Assembly (NCBI GenBank): GCA_040954595.2
Contig: CM082590.2
Location: 7,688,001-7,752,000, forward strand
Reading direction: 5' to 3'
Length of the DNA: 64,000 bases
From: Balanoglossus misakiensis
Taxonomy: Eukaryota > Animalia > Hemichordata
Below, one piece after another: positions 1 through 12,574 of the stretch. Below the pieces are notes generated by a model. The model was not told the DNA's origin and did no database searches. It saw only the letters and a program-made list of their open reading frames with translations. Both the position numbers and the translations under genes were made by a program. The number at the start of each line of letters is the position of its first letter. Positions within the stretch are counted from its first letter, which is position 1.

Positions 1-2608
1 AAGTGATAAACATCTTCCTTCTCAGACAAAATGAATAATCTATGTTCGGTGCCTGCAAATATGAGTTATTAATTGCTACAATCTTGGCTATCAAATTTTG
101 GCCAGAATTCTCCATGTTCTGATTGCAGACCCTAACACACTGCCTATATAATATTTTGATTAATTGTGCAATTCAGATGCTTTATATTGAAATTGGCTGG
201 TGAAATCTTGATTGCACGATGTGGCCATATCTATAAATCAACCTTGTGTTTACATGAACCAGTATTGATAGCAACGATATAAACATGCATATATTTTCAA
301 ACCGTTCAACGCGTATTGCGAAAAGGCGCGCACGTAGAATTGTATCTCTATGGCGACAACAAATACAGACAGTAAACAAACAAGCAAAAGGACACACAAG
401 CTTTCTTGCTTGTAATAAATTAGTGGAAGTGTAGCAAGTAGACCGATACTCTGGATCGTATGTGATTAAAGTACGGTATGACGTCACTTAGGTTTACACA
501 CTGTACGCAATCTTTGTCCCCTTTCACCCCTCCCTTTCCCCCTCCCTCCCCCATCTCTCAAATGCCAGGACTATTTTGGTTCTCTCTCTCGCTATATAGA
601 TTCATGGCCACCACCCTATTTTCTAAATCCAGTGTTTGGGTGAATTTTGCATTGATGAAGGCTAGTTTTTGTTATACTTTCTGTTTTCTACGATGCGCTA
701 CATTTTTCAGTGATTTTTATTGTATTGTCAAGGTCACTTTAAATTTCCATGCTTGACACTTACAGAATACTGATGTAGCAATATTCTTTGCAGATGTCTT
801 AATTGTGCATGAAAAAAAAAATTTCTTATTTCTTACAAACCACAGGAATTATCACTTAGCAACCAGAGTCGTGCATGGGCGTTCCAACAATGGTGTTTTT
901 ATATGTACATGTATTGACAAAATTTTAGCTTTCACGTTAAGTAATTGTGTATCCTTATATACAGTCACTCTAATCTTTCAAAACGGACCGGGTGTTTGCT
1001 TTAAATGATAAACTCGCATAATATAAATACCAATGCTACGAAGAAATCTGTTTTCCTACGTGCGCAATAGATTTCACCTGATAATGTCATTAATAATAGA
1101 AATAAATGGGATAGAGTTTTGTGTTTCTAACCTAGAAATTAAGAGAGGAAATTGAAAAGTTGTGAAGTGTGCATTTCACTTGCATGAACAAGGCCACACA
1201 TTTTCTCCTTATTATAAAATTCATGTCTGGTTGAGATTAATACCAGTAAGTCTGGTTTTATGGCCCATTTTATGGGCACACACTTTTTAATGAGGACTTT
1301 ATATTTTTAAAGAATTATATTAAATAGTACCACATATTTCAGCACCCTTTTCTTTACTTACTCATGCCACAGTTTGAAGTAGAAAATTTTGAATTCTATC
1401 TTGTGCTGTGTCGGTGCTGATCACCTCCTGAAATTTTACTGGTCATAAGTTTACAGAGACCAGGATGTAAGGTCACTCGGAGGTCATGAAAGTGGCATTT
1501 ATATATTTCCAAACTTCTCTTGATTTATTTCTAGATGACATCTTTGATATAATACATACAAATGCACAATCTGTGTTCACTTTTATACTTGCCAGTTTCC
1601 CTGGCAGTCTGTGCATTTACATCATTGTGATTTTTTTGTTTCAAATTATGAGAAAGGATGTCCAGCAGTTGCTTGGTGCTACCATATGCATTTCTGCAAA
1701 TGTCTGTAATGAAATCAAACCAGGTCCATGTTAAGTCCCTTTTTTAATTCTTGACAATATGCCATAATCAACCTTAATATGTGATTTAAGGAAACTCCTT
1801 GCAATTTGAAAATGAATATTGCTTCTCAAGTGAAGCCTTTCACACCATAATCTCTGTACCATGGAACGGAGTACCTCGCCTTGTTTTTACAAGTCTTAGG
1901 AATTTTTATTTAGCAACAGAGTCACGATTTTGCGGACCGACACAGGGGGTTTTATGGTTCAATTTATTTATAAATGTCTGCAACTTCCAAGATAAGCAAC
2001 ACTTAATCCTGATATATGGTCACTTTTCTTATAATCTTAAACAGTCTACTGAGTGTCTCCTGTAAATAATCACCTTATATAAATGCCACTGTCTCAAAAG
2101 AAATCAGTTTGCCTGCGTGCTAGAGATTAGCTTAGCCAGAACCATAAAATAATAAACACAAGAGAGGAAAATTGATGTGCTATAGAGTGTTGTGTTAATT
2201 TTAAACACTCAGGTAGAAAAACCAAAACCACCCGACAAAATCTTCAGAAAATAAACTTTATCAAAAAATGGGTTTGTGGATGCTTCTACCTTATATTCGA
2301 TGAGAAACATTGCACTGAAAAAATCTCCTGGGTAACATACCCGGTACAGCGCCACTAAAGGCCACCACTGCTGCTATCTAATAAATCATGTGACAAATCA
2401 AGATTCAATTTGCCTATCACTTGCTGGAGAGGTCTCTTAATCACATGTAATCCAATTATCCAATGAATACCCAGGAATATATAAACCTGTCCAATCAAAG
2501 CGTAGTCGAAATTCACGTGAATTCGAGAGATTGGCTACTGTAATCACATGGGCGGTTCTGCACTTATTCAATTAAATGTACAAGACGTACGGTAGTCATT
2601 CTGCAGAC

Positions 2609-2616
2609 TATAAATA
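2609..2616 (+). promoter_or_regulatory. TATA box of cluster gene 1
   Basis: TATAAATA ~30 bp upstream of an Inr-like TCACT (~2640), preceded by CCAAT boxes (2452, 2461, 2491) and a TCACGTGA E-box (2513). Confidence 0.6.
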
Positions 2617-2674
2617 CCTTCTATTCTCGACGGATTTGGTCACTCTGAGATTCACTGGTGAGCAGACGGCAAAG

Positions 2675-5342
2675 ATGACTGGGAAAACTGAGTAAGTGGC
2701 TTTGCTGAACAGTTAAGCGATGTCGATGCTGAAGTTTTCCAAAGTAGTTGACTTCTTAATTTCTGCCAGATGAACACAGCACTATAGTCTGACGTAACCA
2801 AACTTGACTACTTTAACAACACTAGATTTGATTGTTTTTGATTTCAGCAATTCCAAATCAAACAACATGGATGTTTTGCTTATCCTCTCCCTGCTACTGT
2901 CGTGTGTAGGATTATCTCATTCTGGTAGGCCACTCACATTTTTTATTTTTCTCTCTTCAAAATTAAACACTGTTATATTTTGATGTTGCCCCCAGTTGGG
3001 CTCTCTCGTTGTTGTAGGCCTATTTGTGAATTTTGATTTACCAATGTGAATATGTATGTGTATCTGAACTGACCAGAATTTCAAACTGATTATGAAACGG
3101 TGCTTGTGTTTCTGTGAATGATGGGAAATGTTGAGCCGGGTAAATGCATGCAATAATTCGAGATCAAACGAGATTCAAATTCTTTGATTTTTCAGCGATT
3201 ACGATCGAGGATAGCTCCTTCGCTGTGACACCAACCGATTTTACATTCATGCTGGTTGAAGCCACGTCCGTCACCTTTGGAATGACGCTGGTGAACAGTG
3301 CTACTGCTGACGGTGGGACAGATGTTACCAACGTAGCCCTGTTCTTGTCAGATTCAGAAAACCTTAGTACATCCACCAAAAAAGTGAAGGTGGCAGACAA
3401 GGATGGTGGTTTATCGGCGATAACAATACCAGTAAACGTGCCCAAGAGTGACGGAGCTGGAAATGACGGAACCAAGGCAATTGCCAACGCCATAGCTAGT
3501 GTTACTGTCCCGGCTCTGACAAACTGCGGGGATTTCATAAAACTCTGTGCGCAAGTAACACCCGGCGATGCCACCCAATGCATTGATATCACTAATAAAG
3601 TTGATTGCAGCTGTAAGTATCATATACACATTTGTACAACCAAATGAACACGCAGCTAAGTAGTGCAGATGTTGCATTGAAGCAGAAAAAACAAAAACTA
3701 TTCCACTTTCTTGTAAGTGACCCCAAATAAGTCCATTTTAAAGTGGTTTGCTTTACCTGAAAACTGCAACTTAATACTGTATATCATCTGTTTCTATTTA
3801 CAGTGATCACAATCAAAGCTAGCTCGTTTTCAATCACCGCACCAACCGACTACACTCTGAAAACCACCGAAGCAACATCGCTAACCTTTGGGCTGACGTT
3901 GTCCAACGCCGGCACTGCAGCCAAAGTCACCGATGTTCAGTTGTTTGTCTCCGACAACGCAGACTTTGCTGCTACCGAGAAAGAGACCAAAGTAGCCGAT
4001 CGAGGGTCCGGTATCACCGGAATTACTTTCGATGTCGACGTCCCTGCTGAGAGTGGTGGGACGGCTGGGGAGAAGGCTGTAAGCAACGCAGTTGCAAGTA
4101 TCACCTTACCGTCCACAAACTGTGCAGACTTCAACAATCTTTGTGCCTTTGTCAAACCCCATAACGACGTCCAATGTGTCGATATTACTGGTAAAACAGA
4201 CTGCACCGGTGAGAATAAGAGCATTTTTGTATTTATTTACTTGCTTTGTTTGCCAGTTATATTCAAGCACTTGTCAAAATAATTATAGCACAGGTATTTG
4301 TTTTCATTATTATTATTTTGGCCCAACGGAACGGGATCACTCAGATTTTCTTTTCTCACGGAGTTTGATGTCTCTGCCTTGTACCAGTACAGAATATTGG
4401 CTTGTCAATGGTTTCAACTTGTCAAAATTGAGACAATCCTGTCCACTAGTAAAATTTCTTTTTGTATATTACGTACTCAAAGTTCTTCCTTTTCCAATGA
4501 AATATACACAGACAAGACAGGCAATTTTACTCACTATGAGAAACTGTCACTTTAAAATTACATTTACTTTGTTATCCGAAATCCCCCTCCCCCTTTTTAA
4601 CTAGATTTGAGTGTTTTGTGCAGGCTTCTTAAAATTATACGTCTCACACATATTAGCTGACAGACTTTGATACATGTACGCAGATGCAACAATGTATACG
4701 TTTTATTTTGTTTCATGCATGGTCATTGCATCGACTCTGTGACATTGTATACTTTAGACGGATCAGCAGGAACAACAACAGATGCACCAACCACGGGTAT
4801 ATAATGAACATAGTCTTGAATGCTAATATCAGTAACTAAAATAACAGTGTTAAGTTTAACATAACAAAGAAAAACTTATTTAGATAGAAATCAGCTGTCA
4901 TAATTTAAGATATTCTTAACTTTTCATATCATATCTAATGTGCATCAGAGTAAATAGTCATTATCATGGAATAATAACACATTGTACAGTTTATTACATT
5001 ATTATAATTATATAAGTAAACATTATCAGTACACTGACTCATTATCTTCAAGTATGTGAAATTCACCATATATAGGACTTAGTAACAAACATGCCATGCA
5101 TGCATTATCACCTTGTTTACCAAATCATACATACATTATGCTCACTATCACTGACTAAAGCCATTTCGATCAATGTGTTTTAAATGATATGAAGACATCA
5201 GTTACCTATTTTACTGTTTTTTAATTTATCATGCTTTTTTTTACATATTAATGCTGACCCAGCTTCCGGTTCTCGTATCACTTCTTTGAATCTGATAACA
5301 TCCATGGCTTCAGCAGTTATCCTTGTTGTCCTCACAATGTAA
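2675..5342 (+). CDS. Cluster gene 1: predicted GPI-anchored surface protein with 2 four-Cys beta-domains (~344 aa)
   Basis: Exons 2675-2691, 2848-2924, 3196-3612, 3804-4208, 4758-4796, 5263-5342, all GT-AG and in frame. Signal peptide MDVLLILSLLLSCVGLSHS; stalk DGSAGTTTDAPTT; C-tail ASGSRITSLNLITSMASAVILVVLTM*. 3'UTR intron 5351-5622. Confidence 0.85.
3196..3612 (+). CDS. Gene 1 domain exon D1 (short subtype)
   Basis: ttcag|CG...AGC T|gtaagt; 417 nt, phase 1-1; motif LFLSD...NCGDFIKLCAQV...QCIDITNKVDC. Confidence 0.85.
3804..4208 (+). CDS. Gene 1 domain exon D2 (short subtype)
   Basis: tacag|TG...ACC G|gtgag; 405 nt, phase 1-1; LFVSDN...NCADFNNLCAFV...QCVDITGKTDC. Confidence 0.85.
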
Positions 5343-6469
5343 TCTGATTGGTGAGTCATTTGAAGTTTTTTTGCGCATAATCAGAATGTTGGAGAAAGAC
5401 CCCACATTAAACCTTTGTCTCAAACTTTGTATATTGTGCAATTATTTAATTACAGTATAATTTCAGTGTAGACAGAATTAAAAGGGGAACTGGTAATTGC
5501 AATACATTGTTTCAAATCACCATCACTGAAATTGAAAGAAATTGTAAAACAAAATGAAATTTGTGTTTGTTATTTGCCAACTATCTTACTATCCTCATTG
5601 ATTCTGTCTTATTCTCTTCCAGGAAACCTCCACTGGATGTCAGTATATGGGACAGACAGTGTATGAGGAGACGATATGATACTGCTCTAAGATGATATAT
5701 GCTCCTATTTTCAACATTTACTCCAAAAGCTTCCAGTAATCGAACAATGTCTTTCATCGAAAATGTCTGTGATTTGTAGTTAAACCTGTAATGATGTCTA
5801 CCAAATACTCTATTTGATGCAAATTGTTTTGTTTGTTTTTGTCAAAAGAGTCATTTTAGCTTATTCTGCCTAAGGGGTTATCTTACAACATCATTATTCA
5901 CATGTTCCTATGACAACTGGAGTGAATTTATGACGGTGCTCCCATGGATGACGTTGAAAGAGCCTTGAATTTTCATTTCATTCAACGAAAGACTCCATAC
6001 CCGAGATTCATTTTGGCTTGACTAAAATGGAGAACCATATTTGTGAACATGCAATAAATGAAGTGTGTAGATATACGTTTTCAGCAGTCTTCAGATCGAA
6101 GCTGTTTTCGGATCTGGCGGTTTGTAAAATAACTCTGCGTCAAATTTTTGTCGCAGTTAAACCGCATGTAATTATCCACAAGTTATTGTAACTTGAAACC
6201 ACACCGAAAGAAATCTGGCTTTCGATTAGGTTGTGGTATGTAGGGATGCATTGTGGAATAAAAAGTAAATTTGAAGTTATTATACTCTATTGGTTTGCAT
6301 TATTTTATCAGTCCCACAATTACCCTTTCTTTCATTCAGTCAGCACGTTCAACTTAGCTGAGAATCAGAGAAAAATTGAGTGTGGCTTAGAATGATTGAT
6401 TCGTAGATCTCTTGAGAGAGGAGGCGAGTGGGGGTGATGGAGGAGAGTTTTATTCATGTTTTAACTGTC

Positions 6470-7980
6470 ATCATGGTTTTGTACCAAGCATTCTCTGCCG
6501 GCATCAGTGAGCCCTCAACGGTACAAATGAAAGCATCTGTACTGTTGGTTGTTTTACTATGCAACAATCTGGTCAACCGTTGAGGGCGCGTCAGTCATTC
6601 ATACAACTGTTAATTCTTGGCAACTGCGACTTTCAATCAAACCGGTTCTCAGTTATATATTCCAAATAGAACCTTTGCAATTTATAAGTGGCTAGAAAGG
6701 TTGAACACTGAGGAACTATGAAATAAACCTTGCATACATTTCCTGCTGACAAAACATCAAAGCCACTTTCAAAATCGATCAAGTAATAGGTTATGATCAC
6801 AAAAACAGTTCAAGAAGCCAACAATTCGGAACACAGAACTAAACACCACTATGATAATATCATATGCTACTTAGAGCTGGGTCCTGTGCAAAGAAGGATA
6901 CCATTAAAACATTTTGTCAGGCAGCGCCACCAGGGGCAGTGGAAAAATGAAGACTTGATTCGCAGTCACGTGGTCGTCACGTGACTTGGATTCGACCACT
7001 AAGGCCCCCTCTAAGACTGCAGTCAGGCGGCCTACTTCAGGCTCCCCAACTGACTGCTGAATGTAAAAGATCTCTTTTCATACAATGAGGGGAAATAGGG
7101 TCTTCATAATCTACATTTTCATGCCAAGGGGTTTAATTTATGTGACCCAGAAAGGTTGACTTTCAAATCAGTAATTTGAGTTTTCAATTCAGTTAGCGTA
7201 GCGTTCTACACAGACTTGAACAGTAATCGCTCATACACGTACACTCCTGCAATTTTAATCTGCCCCAAGCATTGCGTAAATTTTTCAAGGAACCAGCCCT
7301 TCCGTCGCTAGAACACGAACGCAACACTCTGACCTAACCACTGTCGACTGCTTTTGATATTTACATGTACATCACCATCTGAGCAAGACTGGCCCGTTGA
7401 TATTACGACGGAACCGAGCAGAAAAACAAGCAACATGAAAAGACCTGTGTTGACCCATGGTTGTTTATGGTTGAACCAACACTGACGCTAGTGCCCCGAA
7501 CCAGATCTCTAACTTAATTTGCTAGAGACCCAGAACGCTGAAGTTAGCTTTCCAAAGGCACATGTGACAGCACTCAGTCCAACCTCAAGCAACCACAGAC
7601 CACACCAAGATTATAGCAAGCCAGCGCAATCTATTTTAAAGCCTACATCGTACTTAAGACACTTCCCTAGACGGGACTGGAGCTAGTTAGATAGGGCGTC
7701 CGGCGCGCGCGCGCAAAAGCCAACGACCGTGACAGCGAAATTCAATCACTAAGAAAATGTATCTGGTTCGTCTAAAAACCAGTCTTGAACACGATCGGTA
7801 AATCTAGATGGTCGGAAGGAACTACACCCTCTGATGTAGAAGCCGATGCGCGGAAAAACTCCGGAAAACAGCCAAAATTCGTTCACTCGAGCAAATTCAG
7901 TCAACACCTCGTCGCACGAAAGCTTGTCTCGTACTGCTTCTACGCATGCTCGGGTATTGACATCCGGGAACGCTGGGTAG
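6470..7980. repeat. Block homologous to 17090-18290 (downstream of genes 1 and 2)
   Basis: Colinear matches: 6475-6600~17090-17210, 6770-6800~17335-17365, 6960-7060~17490-17610, and 7330-7978~17697-18290 (high identity). Confidence 0.8.
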
Positions 7981-8180
7981 GAGGGCTCGTCCAATGAGAA
8001 CTATTAGCACAGACGATTGTTTGTCTTGCCACTTCACATGTCTGGAGGATTTAAAGCAAGAATTTTTGACTATCACTTTTTCATTAAGTATATAATTTAT
8101 TGCACATCGATCACATGACCCTGTCCCGGGGAGGGGGTGAAAGTGGTCACATGTATCACCTATGCAATTAATATATTTCT

Positions 8181-8213
8181 ATTGAATTGAATTGAATTGA
8201 ATTGAATTGAATT
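8181..8213. repeat. (ATTGA)n microsatellite
   Basis: Direct reading. Confidence 0.9.
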
Positions 8214-8719
8214 CCACAGTGACACGGCTACTTGGGATTTTTCCCCCAGAAGGCCCACTCACATGCCTGTTCACCATTGATGATATTTACAACTTTTTTG
8301 AATATGATTATTTTACATTAGATTCAAACTACAGATGATCAGGTGATAATGCCTACTGACACTCAGAACGCCACGACTAAACGGAAAGTACAACCTACAC
8401 TTGTTAGCAAGTCTTGATGACTCATCACTCGCCAAGATAAAATGCAGTCTCTTCATAACCTGTAGGTAATTCTAAATGGATCACCTTGTCTGTCGTGAAA
8501 GTTTCCATGACCAAATTTGACAATGGCATGTGTATTAAAATCATGCCACTCAAACGATTGAGAGTACTGTATAGTTTAGCCCAAATATGTCAGATTTCGT
8601 AAAAATGCTCAAAACAGTGGAAAGTTTCATGTTACAGCATGTCAGTGTTGGTCACAAACGTGTAAATTGTGCAGGACAGATTTTGGGTGGGTTGATCAGG
8701 ATTTATCGAGTATCAATCT

Positions 8720-8950
8720 GTTTTCTGGATTTGAGCCAGCATGTTACGTGTGAAATTTTGCTTGTTTGTTCCATAAGGGGTGTTGATGTTATGTCTCGAT
8801 GGTTACTGATGCTTCAGGTATTTGATTGGTTGCAAAGACGCCAATAAATATAACCAGATCTGTCAGGAACGAGTAGTAGCAACTGTAACATGTGGTTTCT
8901 TAAGAACAATTTACCGGCAACATTTTTACTTTCTCTGTTTGTATTTCAGG
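8720..8950. repeat. ~230 bp direct repeat of 11195-11415
   Basis: GTTGATGTTATGTCTCGATGGTTACTGATGCTTCAGGTATTTGATTGGTTGCAAA... is near-identical in both copies. Confidence 0.8.
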
Positions 8951-8959
8951 ATTCTGAGG

Positions 8960-9316
8960 TTAAAACTCCATTAGCTGTTACAACTTTTCGCTATGTTTTC
9001 AGTATTTTTGTTTTGTGTGTCTACTGCAGTTTCTTGTTCAATTTCCTGAAACATGATGAAATGTCCAGTATCCAGCTTATCAACACAATATACATGTGTA
9101 TAGCCAACAATGATATTGCGCCAAAATTTGAATTCAAGTCCGGACTAGAATTCGTGAGTCAAAAATAACAATGGCTGCTACACACACACATACAGGCTAT
9201 GTTGACAAGTGAAGTACATATATGAGCATGCTGTTTGGAGTAGAACAAGAAAATGCATTTGGTACACAGAACAAAACTGCTGAAAAAGCCAAAAGTTTCA
9301 GCTAATGTCCCTTTAA
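8960..9316. mobile_element. Non-autonomous DNA element (family E), TTAA-flanked with imperfect TIRs
   Basis: TTAA...ATTAGCTG..AACTTTT at the left end and AAAAGTTTCAGCTAAT...CCTTTAA at the right. Related fragments at ~13600-13740, 31725-31920, 37715-37985, 41580-41930, 43965-44320. Confidence 0.55.
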
Positions 9317-10136
9317 GGTTAGTTGATGACATACTGTAGAAAACATTGACAAATTTTACCGATCTGTATACATGGAAACATCAGACTGTGTGCAGAAAAC
9401 TGATTCCGTTTTAGTATTTGGCACCGATGGAGCTTTGTAACTTAGCCCGTTTAGCCAGTGTGTTTGTTTTTCACAATAAATACATTTATCAGTGTTGAAA
9501 GTTGTCTGAGAGCAAACAAAATATTATCCCAGCTCAGGTAACTAGCCAAATTTACAGCCAAACCACATTGTAGCTCCTCAAAGCGAGCATGCCTACTCCA
9601 AATACCTACTCGTCCAACGTAGACGAAAAGTGTCGCAAACATAATTGCAAGATTTGGCAGGTTGATAAGCATCACTTACGTGTTGGCTCTTGGGGAGAAG
9701 CCCCCAACTCTGGCAGTGTCTTGACATTTCAGTACTCAACAAAATGGTGGCGTATAATGTTGCGGTTTCCTACGACAGTTCCCTATAGATGAAAACAATC
9801 TCAGAATTTAGAATATGGTCCTCTTTTTTCATTATATACAATATTTAGATCAAAAGTCTAGGGGTGGTTTGGACCTGTCTAACTGTCTGGTCCGGGGGGT
9901 GTCTGTGTTTCGTGAAGGTCAGTGGGTCACTATTTTTGTGCAAATATTTTTGAAGGGAAAATCTTTTATGCATACTGTAGCATTTTCTGAAACCAGAAAC
10001 ACATATTTAACTGTTGGGTATACAACTTGAATCGCCTTTGATTCGTGCTTACGGTATGAAGTTGAATAACGGAACTTTTATGATCACAATCCTTATTTAA
10101 AGAAGTTCCCGTGTCTTAATAGCTAGCGGTCGTCTA

Positions 10137-10350
10137 TACTGTCAAACACTTTATTTTCGCGAGTTGAAATTTTCGCGATATCGAGAGAGGCCACTGTTTC
10201 GCGAGTATTAATTTTCGCGTTCTCTTATTTTATTCACTACATCGTTATCTGCACACACAAAAATTACACGACTTTTTATTTTCATGCAATTTTGGCTCTC
10301 GCGTATTTCTCGAAAATTTATTGCTCGCGAAAATAAAGTGTTTTACAGTA
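10137..10350. mobile_element. Palindromic MITE family C (TACTGT...ACAGTA ends, CGCG-rich)
   Basis: TACTGTCAAACACTTTATTTTCGCGAG...CTCGCGAAAATAAAGTGTTTTACAGTA. Other copies at ~30018-30230, 32641-32845, 42886-43064, 44908-45113, 52020-52300, 52826-53001, 61160-61247, 63452-63666. Confidence 0.75.
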
Positions 10351-10680
10351 TTTAAATAATGTCACCAAAGCTTCATAGTTGACGGGTGGGGGAACACTAA
10401 CAGGGACTATTACTAGCACCGCAGACTGTTTGTCTTGCCACTTCATGTGGAAGGAGAATTAACGCAAGAATTTCTGACAATCGCCTTAATTTATTGCAAA
10501 TCGCTCACATGACCCTGTCATGGCGGATGAAAGTTATCGCATCTGACTCCTGTGTAATTAATAACTCTTTTTACGTCAACAAGTTTCCCAAGCGACCTGG
10601 CTATTTCGGGCCCTTTACCCAGAAAGACCAGACTGAGCACTTATATACCTGTGGGCCTGTACGCTATTCTGGATATTTAA

Positions 10681-11025
10681 AGGGACAAAGTCTCTCTCCA
10701 GCTGCCCCTTTTCCTTTAATTATGTTTGATACAAGACACCGTTTGTTATTCTACATGTGGATATATAGTGAATCAATGATCAACCACACAAAACTTCCAT
10801 CCCACTCGTATGATATGAGAGTAAAAACTCGCCCAAAATGAATAAATGGTAAAGAATGATTATTCATTTTGGCGAGTTTTTTCACTCTCCTGTCTATAAG
10901 AGGGATGGAAGTTGTGTGTGGTTGAACGTTCATTCACTATATATCCACATGTAGAATAACAAACGGTGCCTTGTATCAAATATAATTAATGGAAAAAAGG
11001 GCAGCGAGAAAGAGACTTTGTCCCT
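10681..11025. mobile_element. Palindromic MITE family A (TTAA TSD, AGGGACAAAG termini; Kolobok/T2-MITE-like)
   Basis: TTAA|AGGGACAAAGTCTCT...AGAGACTTTGTCCCT|TTAA with long internal inverted arms. TTAA plus AGG termini match T2/Kolobok-type MITEs. Confidence 0.8.
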
Positions 11026-12574
11026 TTAACAAAGTGGCATATATTTTTTTTTACATTGAATCCAAACCAAATTTAAATTTGACGATAGATTAAATAAAAT
11101 TCTTGCCACTAAACTGATTGAGATTAGATAATTAAACATCCTGTTAAGCCCAATTATGACAATTTATATCAAGTATAAATCTTTTTCTGGCTTCGGGCCA
11201 GAGAGTTTCTTGCGTGACTTCGATTTTTTGTTTCATTAAAGGGGGTTGATGTTATGTCTCGATGGTTACTGATGCTTCAGGTATTTGATTGGTTGCAAAT
11301 ACGCCAATAAATATAACCAGATCTGTCAGGAACAAGAAGTAGCAACACTCACACGTGCTTTCTTAATCTCCCAATCTGAACAACATTTTTTACTTTCTCT
11401 GTCTGTATTTCAAAAGGTTTCTAAGGTCAATGGACGGTTCCACCATTAACGTTTGTTTTTCCGGAGAAAAAAAATTGTCAATGTTAACTGATCCGGTCTG
11501 TATCAATGATTTTAGACATGAGAGGAGAAAAAAACGACTCTATTCGGTATTTGGCACCGATAGGTCTCTTTAAGACTGAAGAACTACATTGTAGTGTGTT
11601 TTTCATTCACAAATAAATATCACGGCTGAAGGGTTGTGCTCGCTTGAATGTATGCCAGGTCAGCAGACAGGCCTAATCCCTTTTCTCAACTCTTCAAAGA
11701 GATCCGGCATTTTCTAGATGGATCAGAAATGACTGCATTGAGTGTTTGCTACCGATAAGGCTTTGCAGAAGTGATCAGCCAGTGTGTTTGTTCTTCATAA
11801 TAAATCTTTCTCTAAATACCCATTTGTGACCAGACGAGCTGCAAACACATTTGAAAGTTTTGAAAGGTTGGCAAATACCACTTCAGATGCTATTTGGGAA
11901 GAGAAACCTCAGGTGATGTCGCAGAGTCACATTTTAGAAAGGGTTTTTTTTTTGGGGGGGGGAGGGTCATGATTTAGATTAATGACTGTCCCCAAATTCT
12001 CCCCGGCTCACACTGATGTGGTATTTTTTATACATGCAAATGGAACGGATTTTGCCAACCATCGTGAGGTCCTCATAATGGAAGTGCTCTGTAAACCCAT
12101 GCTCGTAATATAAATACAACGCCTTTAAAAGCATGCTTTAATTTATTGGTGCGGGGAGGGCGTTCGCCGGGCAATGTCTGATGCTTAACACGACAGCAAT
12201 AAAGAAACCAGATTGCTGATAACTTAGATTTCAATACCGCAATGGCGAGCACTGTCGTACACATACGTTGTATATTACTTTTGTATTAGTAGTGGGCATT
12301 GAGATTAGTTCAATATTTGACTGAACTAGTCTCTCTAACATTGGTAATAAACATTGTTAAAACATTCTGACGGATGAAAGGTCTTGGCAGACGTAGTCAT
12401 GGTTACTTCGCAACAAACATTTCTTTCTCGCCCAATCAAATTTCAGGCTAAACTTACACTGACCAATCATATTCATTCCAGCGGTCACGTTACAACCGGA
12501 GGAGTGGCTAGTGCAATGATAAAAGTCACTGTATCTGAGAGAAATTTAGTTGGGTTACCTGACTGCAAGGCACC

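Noticed and set aside
1-2370. Possible decayed transposon or gene on the minus strand (stop-poor stretch ~1530-1735; CAGTGG-like end at ~2370)
   Set aside because: No recognisable motif, paired terminus or spliceable model could be established.
3164-4224. Antisense ORFs overlapping domain exons (also 14570, 22905, 30331, 31120, 42065, 48831)
   Set aside because: Shadow frames of real exons; no splice or start context.
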